This document shows positions 1-9,377 of a stretch of DNA of 64,000 nt, one piece after another. The notes beneath the pieces are model-generated. The model was not told the DNA's origin. It ran no database searches and saw only the letters and a list, made by a program, of their open reading frames with translations. How positions within the stretch are numbered: position 1 is the stretch's first letter; each line of letters begins with the position of its first letter. This DNA is from an uncultured Acidimicrobiia bacterium (GTDB lineage: Bacteria > Actinomycetota > Acidimicrobiia > Spongiisociales > JAOTWH01): NCBI GenBank assembly GCA_964195995.1, contig CAXMQS010000074.1:6066-70065 (forward strand), written 5' to 3'. The position numbers were made by a program, and so were the translations under genes.

Positions 1-383
1 TCGTTGTACTTCTCGTAGACGGGCACGATCCGCTCAGACGAGAATCCGTGAATGGTGGTGACAACCGGTGTATCGACCAGACCGCTGTAGGTGAGCGGCA
101 GGTAATCGAAGCTGTTGTGGATCACATCGAACTCCGCGGCCCGTTCGAATACCGCCGAGATGTGCAGGCCCTCCCAGACCTTCGGGTCCAACCCTGGGTC
201 TTCGGAGTATCCCGTCGGGGCGGTCCCTACTAGATGCGCCCCGGTGAGCGAGTCGGCGGTGGCGAACAGCGTGACGTCGACACTCCGGGCGACCAGCCCC
301 TCGGTGAGGAGCGAGACGAACTGCTCCCACGGTCCATAGTGACGCGGCGGCACCCGCCACGAGATCGGGGCAAGCATCGCCAC
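1..383 (-). CDS. Glycosyltransferase family 4 (GT-B), N-terminal part; gene continues beyond the left edge
   Basis: It is absent from the ORF track because it is open at the window edge. The minus-strand translation reads (V)AMLAPISWRVPPRHYGPWEQFVSLLTEGLVARSVDVTLFATADS...VIHNSFDYLPLTYSGLVDTPVVTTIHGFS, a typical GT4 N-terminal domain. The start is GTG 383 or ATG 377. Confidence 0.7.
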   Translation of the reverse strand, partial: MAMLAPISWRVPPRHYGPWEQFVSLLTEGLVARSVDVTLFATADSLTGAHLVGTAPTGYSEDPGLDPKVWEGLHISAVFERAAEFDVIHNSFDYLPLTYSGLVDTPVVTTIHGFSSERIVPVYEKYN

Positions 384-573
384 CCTGAGTTTCTTGGTTG
401 ACAGCGCCGGAGACGAAGTCACGCGGCGAGAGTAGCCCGGTCCTCCACCGGCCGGATGCGGCGGCCCGGAGATGGAAGATGAGTCTGGGATCTGCCCACC
501 CAATTGCCGCATCGACGTCGACATACTCGGAGATGCGACCGGCCCGGTCTCTACGTCGCTCCTCGGCGGCGTG

Positions 574-1338
574 CTACCAGGGGGGGAGGCCTGCGTCGAA
601 CACACCACCCGGGAAGCGGTCGAGCATCGACCCGGCGACGTGTAATGCCAGCCGGGTCTTTCCACTCCCTCCTACGCCCGTCAGCGTTACCAACCGGTTG
701 GTGCTCACGAGGTGGGTGATCGCCTCGCTCTCGGCTTCTCGACCCACGAATTCTGAACTCTGGGGGGGAAGGTTGTGGCGAACTTCTGCCGACCGAAGGG
801 GCGGGAAGTCAACCGACAGGCCGGGAGTCACCACTTGATAGACCCGTTCGGGATCATCGAAGTCCTTCAGCCGGTGGGCTCCCAAATCTCGCAGCTCGAT
901 GTCGGCGGGAAGCCGGTTGTCTATGAGGCTGCGGGTCGTGTAAGAGATGATGACCTGCCCACCGTGGGCGATGCCGGAGATGCGAGCGGCTCGGTTGACT
1001 TCGATGCCTATGTAGTCGTCGCCCCCCATGCGCGCTTCTCCGGTATGGGCTCCCATCCTGACCAGGACCTGGCCGCCCTCCCGCCACGAGGTGTTGTGAA
1101 GCTGCCGCTGTGCGGTCACTGTTGCGTTTACGCAGGCGAGGGGGGATTGGAAAACCGCGAAGAATGAGTCGCCTTCGGTCTTCACCTCAACGCCATCGTG
1201 AGCGGCGATGGCTTCCCGCATGATGTGGTTGTGCTCGGCGAGAACCTCGTCGAATTCAGTCCCGAGTCGCTGCACCATGCGAGTCGAGCCCTCGATGTCG
1301 GTAAACAGGTACGTAATGATGCCGGTCGGTAATGCCAT
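574..1338 (-). CDS. Class III adenylate/guanylate cyclase domain protein, truncated just after the Walker A of a STAND/AAA module
   Basis: ITYLFTDIEGST...KTEGDSFFAVF...RMGAHTGE...GIEVNRAARI is a cyclase catalytic domain. It is followed by FVGREAE...LTGVGGSGKTRLA, and a stop comes about 20 residues later. Family members normally continue for several hundred more residues (ATPase plus TPR/HTH). Confidence 0.75.
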   Translation of the reverse strand: MALPTGIITYLFTDIEGSTRMVQRLGTEFDEVLAEHNHIMREAIAAHDGVEVKTEGDSFFAVFQSPLACVNATVTAQRQLHNTSWREGGQVLVRMGAHTGEARMGGDDYIGIEVNRAARISGIAHGGQVIISYTTRSLIDNRLPADIELRDLGAHRLKDFDDPERVYQVVTPGLSVDFPPLRSAEVRHNLPPQSSEFVGREAESEAITHLVSTNRLVTLTGVGGSGKTRLALHVAGSMLDRFPGGVFDAGLPPW

Positions 1339-1597
1339 AGGTTCCCCCGCGAAGACCCTAGAGAGTTGATGAGCCGGCGGCGATAGTCATATGAATCGCG
1401 CCCCTGCTCCGGCGGGGGTCCCTTCGCTCGTCGTTCTGAGCTGCCCACTCGATTCGTGCCTCAGACCGCGTACAGGCCGCGAGACACCGAAAAACCATGC
1501 AAAACACCGCGAACGGCTGAGCAGCAAGGAACCCTGTTAGCCATTGGCGAAACTGCCGATTTGCCCACGTTTGCTGGACCTCCTGAGACCCCCTAAT

Positions 1598-1647
1598 ACG
1601 CCTTCACACGGCAGAGGTCACAGGTTCGATCCCTGTGGCGCCCACCA
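1598..1647 (+). repeat. Orphan tRNA-Val(CAC) 3-prime half, copy 1 (anticodon arm, variable loop AGGTC, T-arm ACAGG-TTCGATC-CCTGT, acceptor GGCGCCC-A-CCA); no 5-prime half
   Basis: The loop TTCACAC (anticodon CAC) lies at 1603-1609. The T-stem is perfect and CCA is encoded. Only 3 of 5 anticodon-stem pairs are present. No GGGCGCC acceptor strand or D-arm is found in the 80 nt upstream. Confidence 0.6.
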
Positions 1648-1691
1648 TCAGATTCACCATTCTTGCTGGCCGTCAGCTACGGCGTGGTCCG

Positions 1692-2630
1692 CTACCGCTC
1701 AACCGCGATGACCGGTCGAACCAGCGCCGTAGCCCGCTCGGGAACTTCCGACGCGAAGACCAGCACCGAGAGACCGAGGATCACGAGCGCACTCTGGTAG
1801 GTGCTGTGCAATCCGATGCCTCCTACCACCAGCAACCCGATGCCGACTGCGGTAAGCCCATCACCGCTCTTGACGATCATCACGAGGGCGTAGGTCAGGG
1901 TTCCGGCAGCCATCGCATATGCGAGCGCCGGGAGGTAGCCAGCTAACCCGAAGTTCCAGAGGAGCACGATCTTGGCGGTGGCTGGGGCCAATACGAGGGT
2001 CATCATCACAGCCCCACTGACCGCAGCCCCCCATGCGACCGCAGCCCCAGACGTCATCCTGGTTCGGGAGTAGACCAGCGCCATTGGTGCCGCTAGGACC
2101 AGTGTCTCGGCAGCCACCAGGAGCCACGGCGAGGCTTCTACGGGCCGGAGACCGCGGGCGGCAGCCTGTTGGGCGACTACGTAGAGGCCGCCGAGCAGGA
2201 AGCCTCCGCCGAATAAGAACAATGCCGGTCGCAGGCGTCGATCTGCCGCTGCGCATCCGACTGCAACCAGGCCGAACGAGGCCACGACGGCGACGGCGAG
2301 CAGCAGATCGTCGATGGCTCCGGCTCGCGCCAGGAACGCCGCTCCGACGAACACCGCTAAGGCCGTCGCCACGGCATGGTGGCCATGTTGGAGTGCAGCC
2401 CGCATGGCAAGTCCCAGAGCGGTGATCACGAGCACAACGGCCAGGTAGTAGGCGAACCTGCCCGACTCGGCAGCAGCCCGGTACGGAACTGCTGCGCGGT
2501 CGATGCCGGGGATGTGGATGGCGACTCGGGTTGCGGTCCGGAGGATGACGAGTTCAAAGACAATGACCACCAGTGCGACTTGCACCAACCACGGCAGCAA
2601 TCCGTCGCGAGGGGTGGGGGAGACCGCCAC
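1692..2630 (-). CDS. Polytopic membrane protein (about 10 predicted TM helices), unknown function; last gene of the oxidoreductase operon
   Basis: This uses the frame of ORF 1692..2726. The GTG at 2630 shares one base with the TAG stop of the gamma gene (TAGTG). The sequence is almost entirely hydrophobic Ala/Leu/Val/Gly-rich helices, and I recognise no family motif. Confidence 0.65.
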   Translation of the reverse strand: MAVSPTPRDGLLPWLVQVALVVIVFELVILRTATRVAIHIPGIDRAAVPYRAAAESGRFAYYLAVVLVITALGLAMRAALQHGHHAVATALAVFVGAAFLARAGAIDDLLLAVAVVASFGLVAVGCAAADRRLRPALFLFGGGFLLGGLYVVAQQAAARGLRPVEASPWLLVAAETLVLAAPMALVYSRTRMTSGAAVAWGAAVSGAVMMTLVLAPATAKIVLLWNFGLAGYLPALAYAMAAGTLTYALVMIVKSGDGLTAVGIGLLVVGGIGLHSTYQSALVILGLSVLVFASEVPERATALVRPVIAVER

Positions 2631-3628
2631 TATTCGGCTTGGTCCTGCTTGGGTGGTCGGGCCGCCACCTCGATCACGATGGCCAGCACGGCCAGTGAGC
2701 CGACGATGACGAGCAACGCGGCCCATGGAGGTCCGGGCTCACCCGAACTTACCCCGAAGTCGGGCGGCGGCGCCGCTACCGGAGGAGGTGCTGCGACTGC
2801 TCCGACTTCCAGCTTCAGGAATCCCGACACGGACTTCAGACCGTCCCTCTCCTCTGCGCTGCCGTCCCAGATCGCGAATGCGACGTCGATTTCCTGACCG
2901 TCGGCGAAAGCTGGCTGATCGGATCCCGGCGCCTGGAAGGGTCTGGCAAATACCACCGACCATTCGGTTCCGTCATGAACGCCGCTGCCCATTACCGCTT
3001 GCTCGTCGGCCGGAGTCAGTGTCCCGAAGCCGCCGGCCACCAGGTTCTGCACGGGACCGGAGCCGACTGCATAGACGTTGCCTGCAGCCTTGGCTGGGTA
3101 GAAGAGGTCGTCGGTCGACGGGTAGAGGTCGACGTAGCCGTGATCAGTTGTGGGTAGATCGTCGATGCCGGCCTCACTGTCGGCTCGCCACTGCCAGATG
3201 TTCACTGCGGCATCGGCCTGGCCCATACATATGGCGGGAACCGACGATGCGGGCTCGGAGGGGAACTGGATGGCGGCGCCGTCGGCGAAGTCCTCGACGG
3301 CCGTGGTGCCAGAGTCCACTGTGGTGTCCGACCAAGCCATCCGGATGTACAACACGTTCTCGTGGTTGACGCTGCGTATTTCGGCGATCGGAACGTTGCC
3401 TCCGCCGAGCGGAAACGTCACCTCTTGTGCGGTGAAGGGAACGTCGACCGCGGGAGCCTCATCCCACACCGAGCTGGCCGGGTCAAGACCGGGGTTCTGA
3501 CTCGCGGTGACGGAGGCCACGACGATGGCCTGCGCTACCGCCGGGTTAGCGTCCGCTAGCCGGAGGCCAACCGCTACCAACATCGCCACAGTGAGCACCC
3601 CCCACCGCAGCGTGCGGCCCGCCATCAT
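2630..3628 (-). CDS. Type II DMSO-reductase-family gamma subunit (EB_dh/DOMON-like heme-b domain) with N-terminal signal peptide and C-terminal TM anchor
   Basis: This uses the frame of ORF 2630..3682. The ATG at 3628 forms an ATGA overlap with the chaperone stop. The signal peptide reads MMAGRTLRWGVLTVAMLVAVGL...A. Family-like motifs are FADGAAIQFP, ICMGQADAAVNIWQWRA and FAIWDGSAEERDGLKS. A Pro-rich linker (APPPVAAPPP) precedes the TM helix WAALLVIVGSLAVLAIVIEVAA. Confidence 0.8.
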   Translation of the reverse strand: MMAGRTLRWGVLTVAMLVAVGLRLADANPAVAQAIVVASVTASQNPGLDPASSVWDEAPAVDVPFTAQEVTFPLGGGNVPIAEIRSVNHENVLYIRMAWSDTTVDSGTTAVEDFADGAAIQFPSEPASSVPAICMGQADAAVNIWQWRADSEAGIDDLPTTDHGYVDLYPSTDDLFYPAKAAGNVYAVGSGPVQNLVAGGFGTLTPADEQAVMGSGVHDGTEWSVVFARPFQAPGSDQPAFADGQEIDVAFAIWDGSAEERDGLKSVSGFLKLEVGAVAAPPPVAAPPPDFGVSSGEPGPPWAALLVIVGSLAVLAIVIEVAARPPKQDQAE

Positions 3629-4382
3629 GGCGCTGGCCGCGGTGGCAGCGACGCCTCGATGGCGGCCAGGGACGGACCACACCCGCCCTCGCCGCAGTCG
3701 ATCTCCTCCACTGGCGTTTCCGGGAGTGGCTGGTTCACAGACTCGGCGGGTGTCACCTCAAGCCGGTCGATCTCGCTAGCTAGCCAGCTGCCAAGCAAGA
3801 CGGCCAATGCCCGATAGAAGGGATGTGGGGCGACCAGTTCCACCCGCCGGGCGAAGCCCGGAGCCCAGCAGCCCAGGTGGTCGGAAACGAATAGCGCTTG
3901 GGTGTGACGGCACTCGGCTACATGTTCTGGGCTGAGCCGATCGAGGGCGTAGGCCTCTTTGCGATGCAGGAAGCTCATGAACTCGAGTTCCGTCGTGATG
4001 TGGTCGGGCCGTTCCCGCGCCTCACCACCGACCCGCAGGCCGTGAGCCGCGTAGAAACCGGCCACGTCGGCCATGACGTCTGCCTGTTGAAAGACGTCCT
4101 CGCCGCGGTACGCGGTCTCGTAGCTCGGGCAATCCCGGGATTCCACCTGGGGGAACAGCAGGAGGTGAGCGCTACGCAGCTCATCGAGCGGGGCTCGGCC
4201 CGCGGCTACGGCCTGGCGGAACGAGTGGTCGATGTCGTCATCCTCGAACCCGACCGCGTCCAGCAAGCCGGGAGCAGCCCGGTCGCCCACCGGGTACCCA
4301 AAGCCTCGAGCGAGGAATTCGTATACAACCCCGCGGGCCGCTGCGTCTGAGGACTCCCACACTGCGGTCATGCCTTCGGTCG

Positions 4383-4386
<4 letters not shown>
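3625..4386 (-). CDS. TorD/NarJ/DmsD-family redox enzyme maturation chaperone (delta subunit)
   Basis: The 253-aa ORF is acidic and cytoplasmic. ...HLLLFPQVESRDCPSYETAYRG...DVAGFYAAHGL...PDHITTELEFMSFL... is typical of the TorD-like chaperones of Ser/Clr/Ddh/Ebd-type operons. ATGA overlaps occur at both ends. Confidence 0.8.
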
Positions 4387-5607
<1,221 letters not shown>

Positions 5608-5618
<11 letters not shown>

Positions 5619-5919
5619 CGCCTCCCGTTCCGTACACCTCGCCGAGCAGCCCGTCCACGAACGCTGCGCCCCGACGGTTGAGGATCCCGTTCGGCCCTGA
5701 GAACTGTGATGAGGTGAAAAGCGCACGGACCCGTTCGGCCGACCAGCCGGCCATGGCGTACTCCTCGATGAAGACCCGGGCCGTGGCTTCGTCCGCGGCC
5801 CGATCCGACGCCACTGGGTACTCGACCTCCACCAAGGCGAACGGATCGTCGGCCTCGAAGTCTTTGGAAGGCGCTGGTCTCAGCGGTATCGGGATGCGGC
5901 GGACAGCGCTATCAGTCAT
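5608..5919 (-). CDS. Small acidic cytoplasmic protein (103 aa) of unknown function inserted between the alpha and beta genes
   Basis: This uses the frame of ORF 5608..6018. The ATG at 5919 forms an ATGA overlap with the alpha stop, and its 3-prime end overlaps the beta start by 11 nt. Third-position GC is high throughout. It has no Cys, no TM helix and no signal peptide. Sequence: MTDSAVRRIPIPL...FIEEYAMAGWSAERVRALF... Confidence 0.6.
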
Positions 5920-8900
5920 GTCAAGGTTCCTTCGACGGTCACCAGGCCACCGGCCACGTAGATCTGCATCTTTTGGTCCTCGGCGCCTGGGCTCTGCCCG
6001 GTCGTGCCACCCTTCCACGGACCCTGCCCTTCGAGCCCGCCGTCCTCCGCCTTTGTGACCCGCACCAGGGTCTCCTTAGGGCAGGTGTTGATGGCGTGGT
6101 TGTCGACGTCGAAGCCGAAGATGAATCCCATTCCTCCGGCCTTCTTGTGGAACAGTCCGTCCGTCTGGTGCATCGGCGGCGCCCAACCCCGGGTGATGCT
6201 TTGCTGACTGCCGTGGCGGAAGCTGGCCTGGTAGCCGGTCTCGGCCAGCGCCCGGCCGTCGGGACGGGTCTGCTGGGCGCGTACGGTGCGCGGCGTCGAC
6301 TGATAGAAGGCGTGCTTCAGCATCGTCACGCCGTTCGGATAGGCCGGGTTGAAGGTCACCCGGGCCATGAGCCGGGCCACCTGATAGAACGGATCGTCCT
6401 CGCTCCATCCGATGTATGGCCGGTCGGCGGGGTTGGCGTCGATCCAGATGTAGTCGCCGTTAGCCAGACCAAGGCCTTGAGCGTCATCGGGAGTCATGTG
6501 GAGCTGGGCATCACCAACCCCTGGGAGGCGAGTGTCTTCCCGGTACGGATCGGAGAAGTTGGAGTTCCAAATCCAGTTCCAGTCGGTCACAGCCCACGAC
6601 GAGTGGACCGAGTGCCGGGACTTGGGTGTGAGGCAGAACAGGTTGAAGCCCTGTTCCCATAGCGGATTTGTTGTGGCCTTGACCTCGGCCCACGACATGG
6701 CAACGTTGCGGACCTGGCGGAGGTCGGCGTCGACGGCATCGAGGGGAATGCCGTACGACTGGGGCCGGATGAAGGGGCTCGTCGAGACGATCACGTTGGG
6801 CAGATAGGGGGTGGCCTCGACGGCCTCGCGATGGACGATGAGGTTCTCTCCGAACTCGATGGCCTCTGGGATGTCGACGTAGGAGTGCATGCGCCCGGTG
6901 TCGGTGTAGAAGGGAAGGCTGTCGTTCACCTGCTCCAGGAAGGGGATCCGGGGGTATGTCCGGTACTGCATAAGCGCGCCACCCGGCTCTCCGTACTTGC
7001 CGTCCATGATGTCGGCGACTGTGTAGCCAGCAGTCGTGAACGATCCCTCCAACACGCGGTCGAGGTAGACCTCGCTGCGCTCTTCGAAGGAGAACTTGAA
7101 GTAATCCTCGAACCGCGTGTCGCCTGTGACATTGGCCAGGGCTCTGGCGACTCCTGCGAAAATGGCCAGGTCATCGCGGCTATCGAACAGCGGATCGATG
7201 CCACCCTTCCAAATCTGGAGGAAGGGGTTGGAGCACGAGCCAACCATCTCGAGAGTCTGCTGTTCGAGCCAGCTGTTGGCGGGAAATATGACATCGGCGA
7301 ACTCGGCAGAGCCAGTCCATTCGATCTGCTGGTCAATTATCAGATCAACCTTGGGGTTCACGTTGCGAACCAGCTCGTAGCTCCACTTGGCCTGGTTGAT
7401 GAAGTTGGCGTTGTTGTACCAGATGACCTTGGTGGGACTGGAGAGGTGAGAGGTTCCAGTGAAGACCTTGCGCCCGGCCTCTGGCGTGTCGACGATCAGC
7501 GGGTGATCGCCTATTCCCCAATAGCTCGTTTCCTCTCCGTGAATGGTGTGACGCTGGTTGCCCGGCCCGTAACGATCGGTGTCCTCGAGGAGCGGATGGA
7601 AGGGGTCCTCGTTGACATAGCCGCCGACACCGGGCCCATGCCACGGCGCCGCGTGGAATATGCCGCCTTTGTAATTGCCGGCCCAGGTGCTGACCCCTGC
7701 GCCAGGAGCACCGATATTGCCGGTGAGCATCGCCACCAGGTAGACGGCTCGATTGTGCAGGGTTCCGTGGAAGTAGTGGTTGACGCCCTCGCCGACGTGA
7801 ATCGAAGCAGGCTTGATAGTCGCCAGGTCGGTGATGAGCTGCTCAATGAGGTTCAGCGGTGATCCTGTGATGTCGACCACAGTCGTCAGGTCGTAGTCGT
7901 TGAGATGCTCCCGATACATGGTGAATGCAGTAGCGACCTCCACTGTCGAACCATCGGCCAGGGTGACGTCGCCCCGGAAGTCGAGCTGAGGATCAATGCC
8001 GGCGGAATCAAGAGAGTCGCCGACGTCTTCTCTGGTGATGGCCTTCATCTCTCCGGTGGTTTCGTCGACGACGACCCGGTCACCGAGCTCTGCGTACTGC
8101 TCGGGTGTCATCGCCTGGATGGCGAAGCTGTAATCGTCGGCCCCCAGGCCGGGGGTGTAGTTGGGGAACATCTCGTCGGCACGGAGCCGCACCAACGTGT
8201 CGAGGCGTACCAACAGTGGCATGTCGGTGAACCGCTTCAGGAACTGCGCGTCATACAGGTTGCGGTCGATCAGCGCCTTGGCGACTCCGAGGAAGAGTGC
8301 CGTGTCGGATAGGCCCGCTCGGACTGGAATCCAGTAGTCCGACTTGGATGACTGCGGGCCGTACTCGGGAACGATCGACACCAGCTTGCCGCCCCGCTCC
8401 ATCACCTCGTGGAAGAAATGGCTCTCCGGCATCTTGTTTTCCACCAGGTTCTTTCCCACCTGGATGAGGAGGGCGCTGTTGCGAAGATCGTTGAAATCGA
8501 CGTCGGCCGTCTGCAGGCCGTGGACGAACGGGAAACCAGGGGCCTGGTCGCCTCGCCATGTGTATTCGGACCAATCGCGGGCGCCGACCGCCTCGTCTTC
8601 GCCGACGCCGCGTACCGCGGCATCGAGCAGCGACAGCGAGTTAGCGAAGCGGAAGAGGGCGAACTTGCCGGCGACGCCGTGAAGGGGCAGTGACGAGCCC
8701 AGCTTCATGGTGCGGACACCTGACTCCTCCCAGAACTCGAGCATCTCGGGCGGGTAGCCGTCCTCGTCGATGAGGCGCCGCCGCCCCTCCTCGCCGCTGT
8801 AGGTCTCGGCAACGGCCTGGAGCGCCCGGGCTACGTAGTCGTCCGCCTCATCCCAAGTGGCGCGGACGAAGTCGTCGTCTCCGCGGGCGTCGAAGCGGTA

Positions 8901-9377
8901 GGTCGTGCGAAGCTCCGGATTGTCCGAGAGCGACGGGAAGCCATCATCGGCCCAGGCCTTCCATCCCGCTCGCAGCATCGGCCCCTTGAGGCGGTACGGG
9001 CCGTAAACCCGACGGTGCAATGTGTAACCCTTGAGACAACCCCGCGGGTTCCATGCTGCCGTCGAGCGGTTGCCGTCCAGGTCGCCGTAGTTGTCGCCGT
9101 CGTAGTTCTGCTCGATGCGTACCACCACGCCGTTGCGGACCATGGCCCGCAGGCGGCACATGTGGGTGTCGTTGGGCGCACATATGAAGGTGAAGCTGTC
9201 GTCGTAGGCGTACTGGTCGCGGTAGATGCGCTCCCAGCCCCGGGTGGGGTATTCGAGGAGTGGGTTGTCGACGCCGACCGCAGCCTGCAGGAACGAGAGG
9301 TGGTGGGCTCCGATGTACCAGCCGGCAGCCGCACCACTCGAGAGCTTCAGGAACGTGCGGCGGCTGAGCTCCGGCAC
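5916..9377 (-). CDS. Tat-exported molybdopterin oxidoreductase, type II DMSO-reductase-family alpha subunit (NarG/NxrA-like), 1153 aa
   Basis: The GTG start follows a GAGGAGG RBS. A twin-arginine motif SRRTFLK lies at residues 5-11. The FS0 motif is C66-x3-D70-x3-C74...C114. WRGDQAP aligns with the NarG Mo-ligand Asp region, and PESHFFHEVMERGGKLVSIVPEY resembles NarG TPDAHFFTEVRYKGTKTVAVTPDY. Confidence 0.9.
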   Translation of the reverse strand: MPELSRRTFLKLSSGAAAGWYIGAHHLSFLQAAVGVDNPLLEYPTRGWERIYRDQYAYDDSFTFICAPNDTHMCRLRAMVRNGVVVRIEQNYDGDNYGDLDGNRSTAAWNPRGCLKGYTLHRRVYGPYRLKGPMLRAGWKAWADDGFPSLSDNPELRTTYRFDARGDDDFVRATWDEADDYVARALQAVAETYSGEEGRRRLIDEDGYPPEMLEFWEESGVRTMKLGSSLPLHGVAGKFALFRFANSLSLLDAAVRGVGEDEAVGARDWSEYTWRGDQAPGFPFVHGLQTADVDFNDLRNSALLIQVGKNLVENKMPESHFFHEVMERGGKLVSIVPEYGPQSSKSDYWIPVRAGLSDTALFLGVAKALIDRNLYDAQFLKRFTDMPLLVRLDTLVRLRADEMFPNYTPGLGADDYSFAIQAMTPEQYAELGDRVVVDETTGEMKAITREDVGDSLDSAGIDPQLDFRGDVTLADGSTVEVATAFTMYREHLNDYDLTTVVDITGSPLNLIEQLITDLATIKPASIHVGEGVNHYFHGTLHNRAVYLVAMLTGNIGAPGAGVSTWAGNYKGGIFHAAPWHGPGVGGYVNEDPFHPLLEDTDRYGPGNQRHTIHGEETSYWGIGDHPLIVDTPEAGRKVFTGTSHLSSPTKVIWYNNANFINQAKWSYELVRNVNPKVDLIIDQQIEWTGSAEFADVIFPANSWLEQQTLEMVGSCSNPFLQIWKGGIDPLFDSRDDLAIFAGVARALANVTGDTRFEDYFKFSFEERSEVYLDRVLEGSFTTAGYTVADIMDGKYGEPGGALMQYRTYPRIPFLEQVNDSLPFYTDTGRMHSYVDIPEAIEFGENLIVHREAVEATPYLPNVIVSTSPFIRPQSYGIPLDAVDADLRQVRNVAMSWAEVKATTNPLWEQGFNLFCLTPKSRHSVHSSWAVTDWNWIWNSNFSDPYREDTRLPGVGDAQLHMTPDDAQGLGLANGDYIWIDANPADRPYIGWSEDDPFYQVARLMARVTFNPAYPNGVTMLKHAFYQSTPRTVRAQQTRPDGRALAETGYQASFRHGSQQSITRGWAPPMHQTDGLFHKKAGGMGFIFGFDVDNHAINTCPKETLVRVTKAEDGGLEGQGPWKGGTTGQSPGAEDQKMQIYVAGGLVTVEGTLT

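Noticed and set aside
384-586. Rescue of the truncated cyclase-STAND gene by a +1 or -1 shift at the C7 run.
   Set aside because: Both alternative frames downstream give non-homologous sequence (LPPLVARRRGAT* or a Ser/Pro-rich read-through into the glycosyltransferase frame). Only about 190 nt are available, so the missing domains are truly deleted.
1565-1647. Complete tRNA-Val genes at the three T-arm-containing sites (1598-1647, 11846-11892, 12020-12066).
   Set aside because: At all three sites the expected 5-prime acceptor strand (GGGCGCC or GGACGCT) and D-arm (GCTCAG...GAGC) are absent from the upstream 30-80 nt. They are called orphan 3-prime halves instead. tRNAscan-SE should confirm this.
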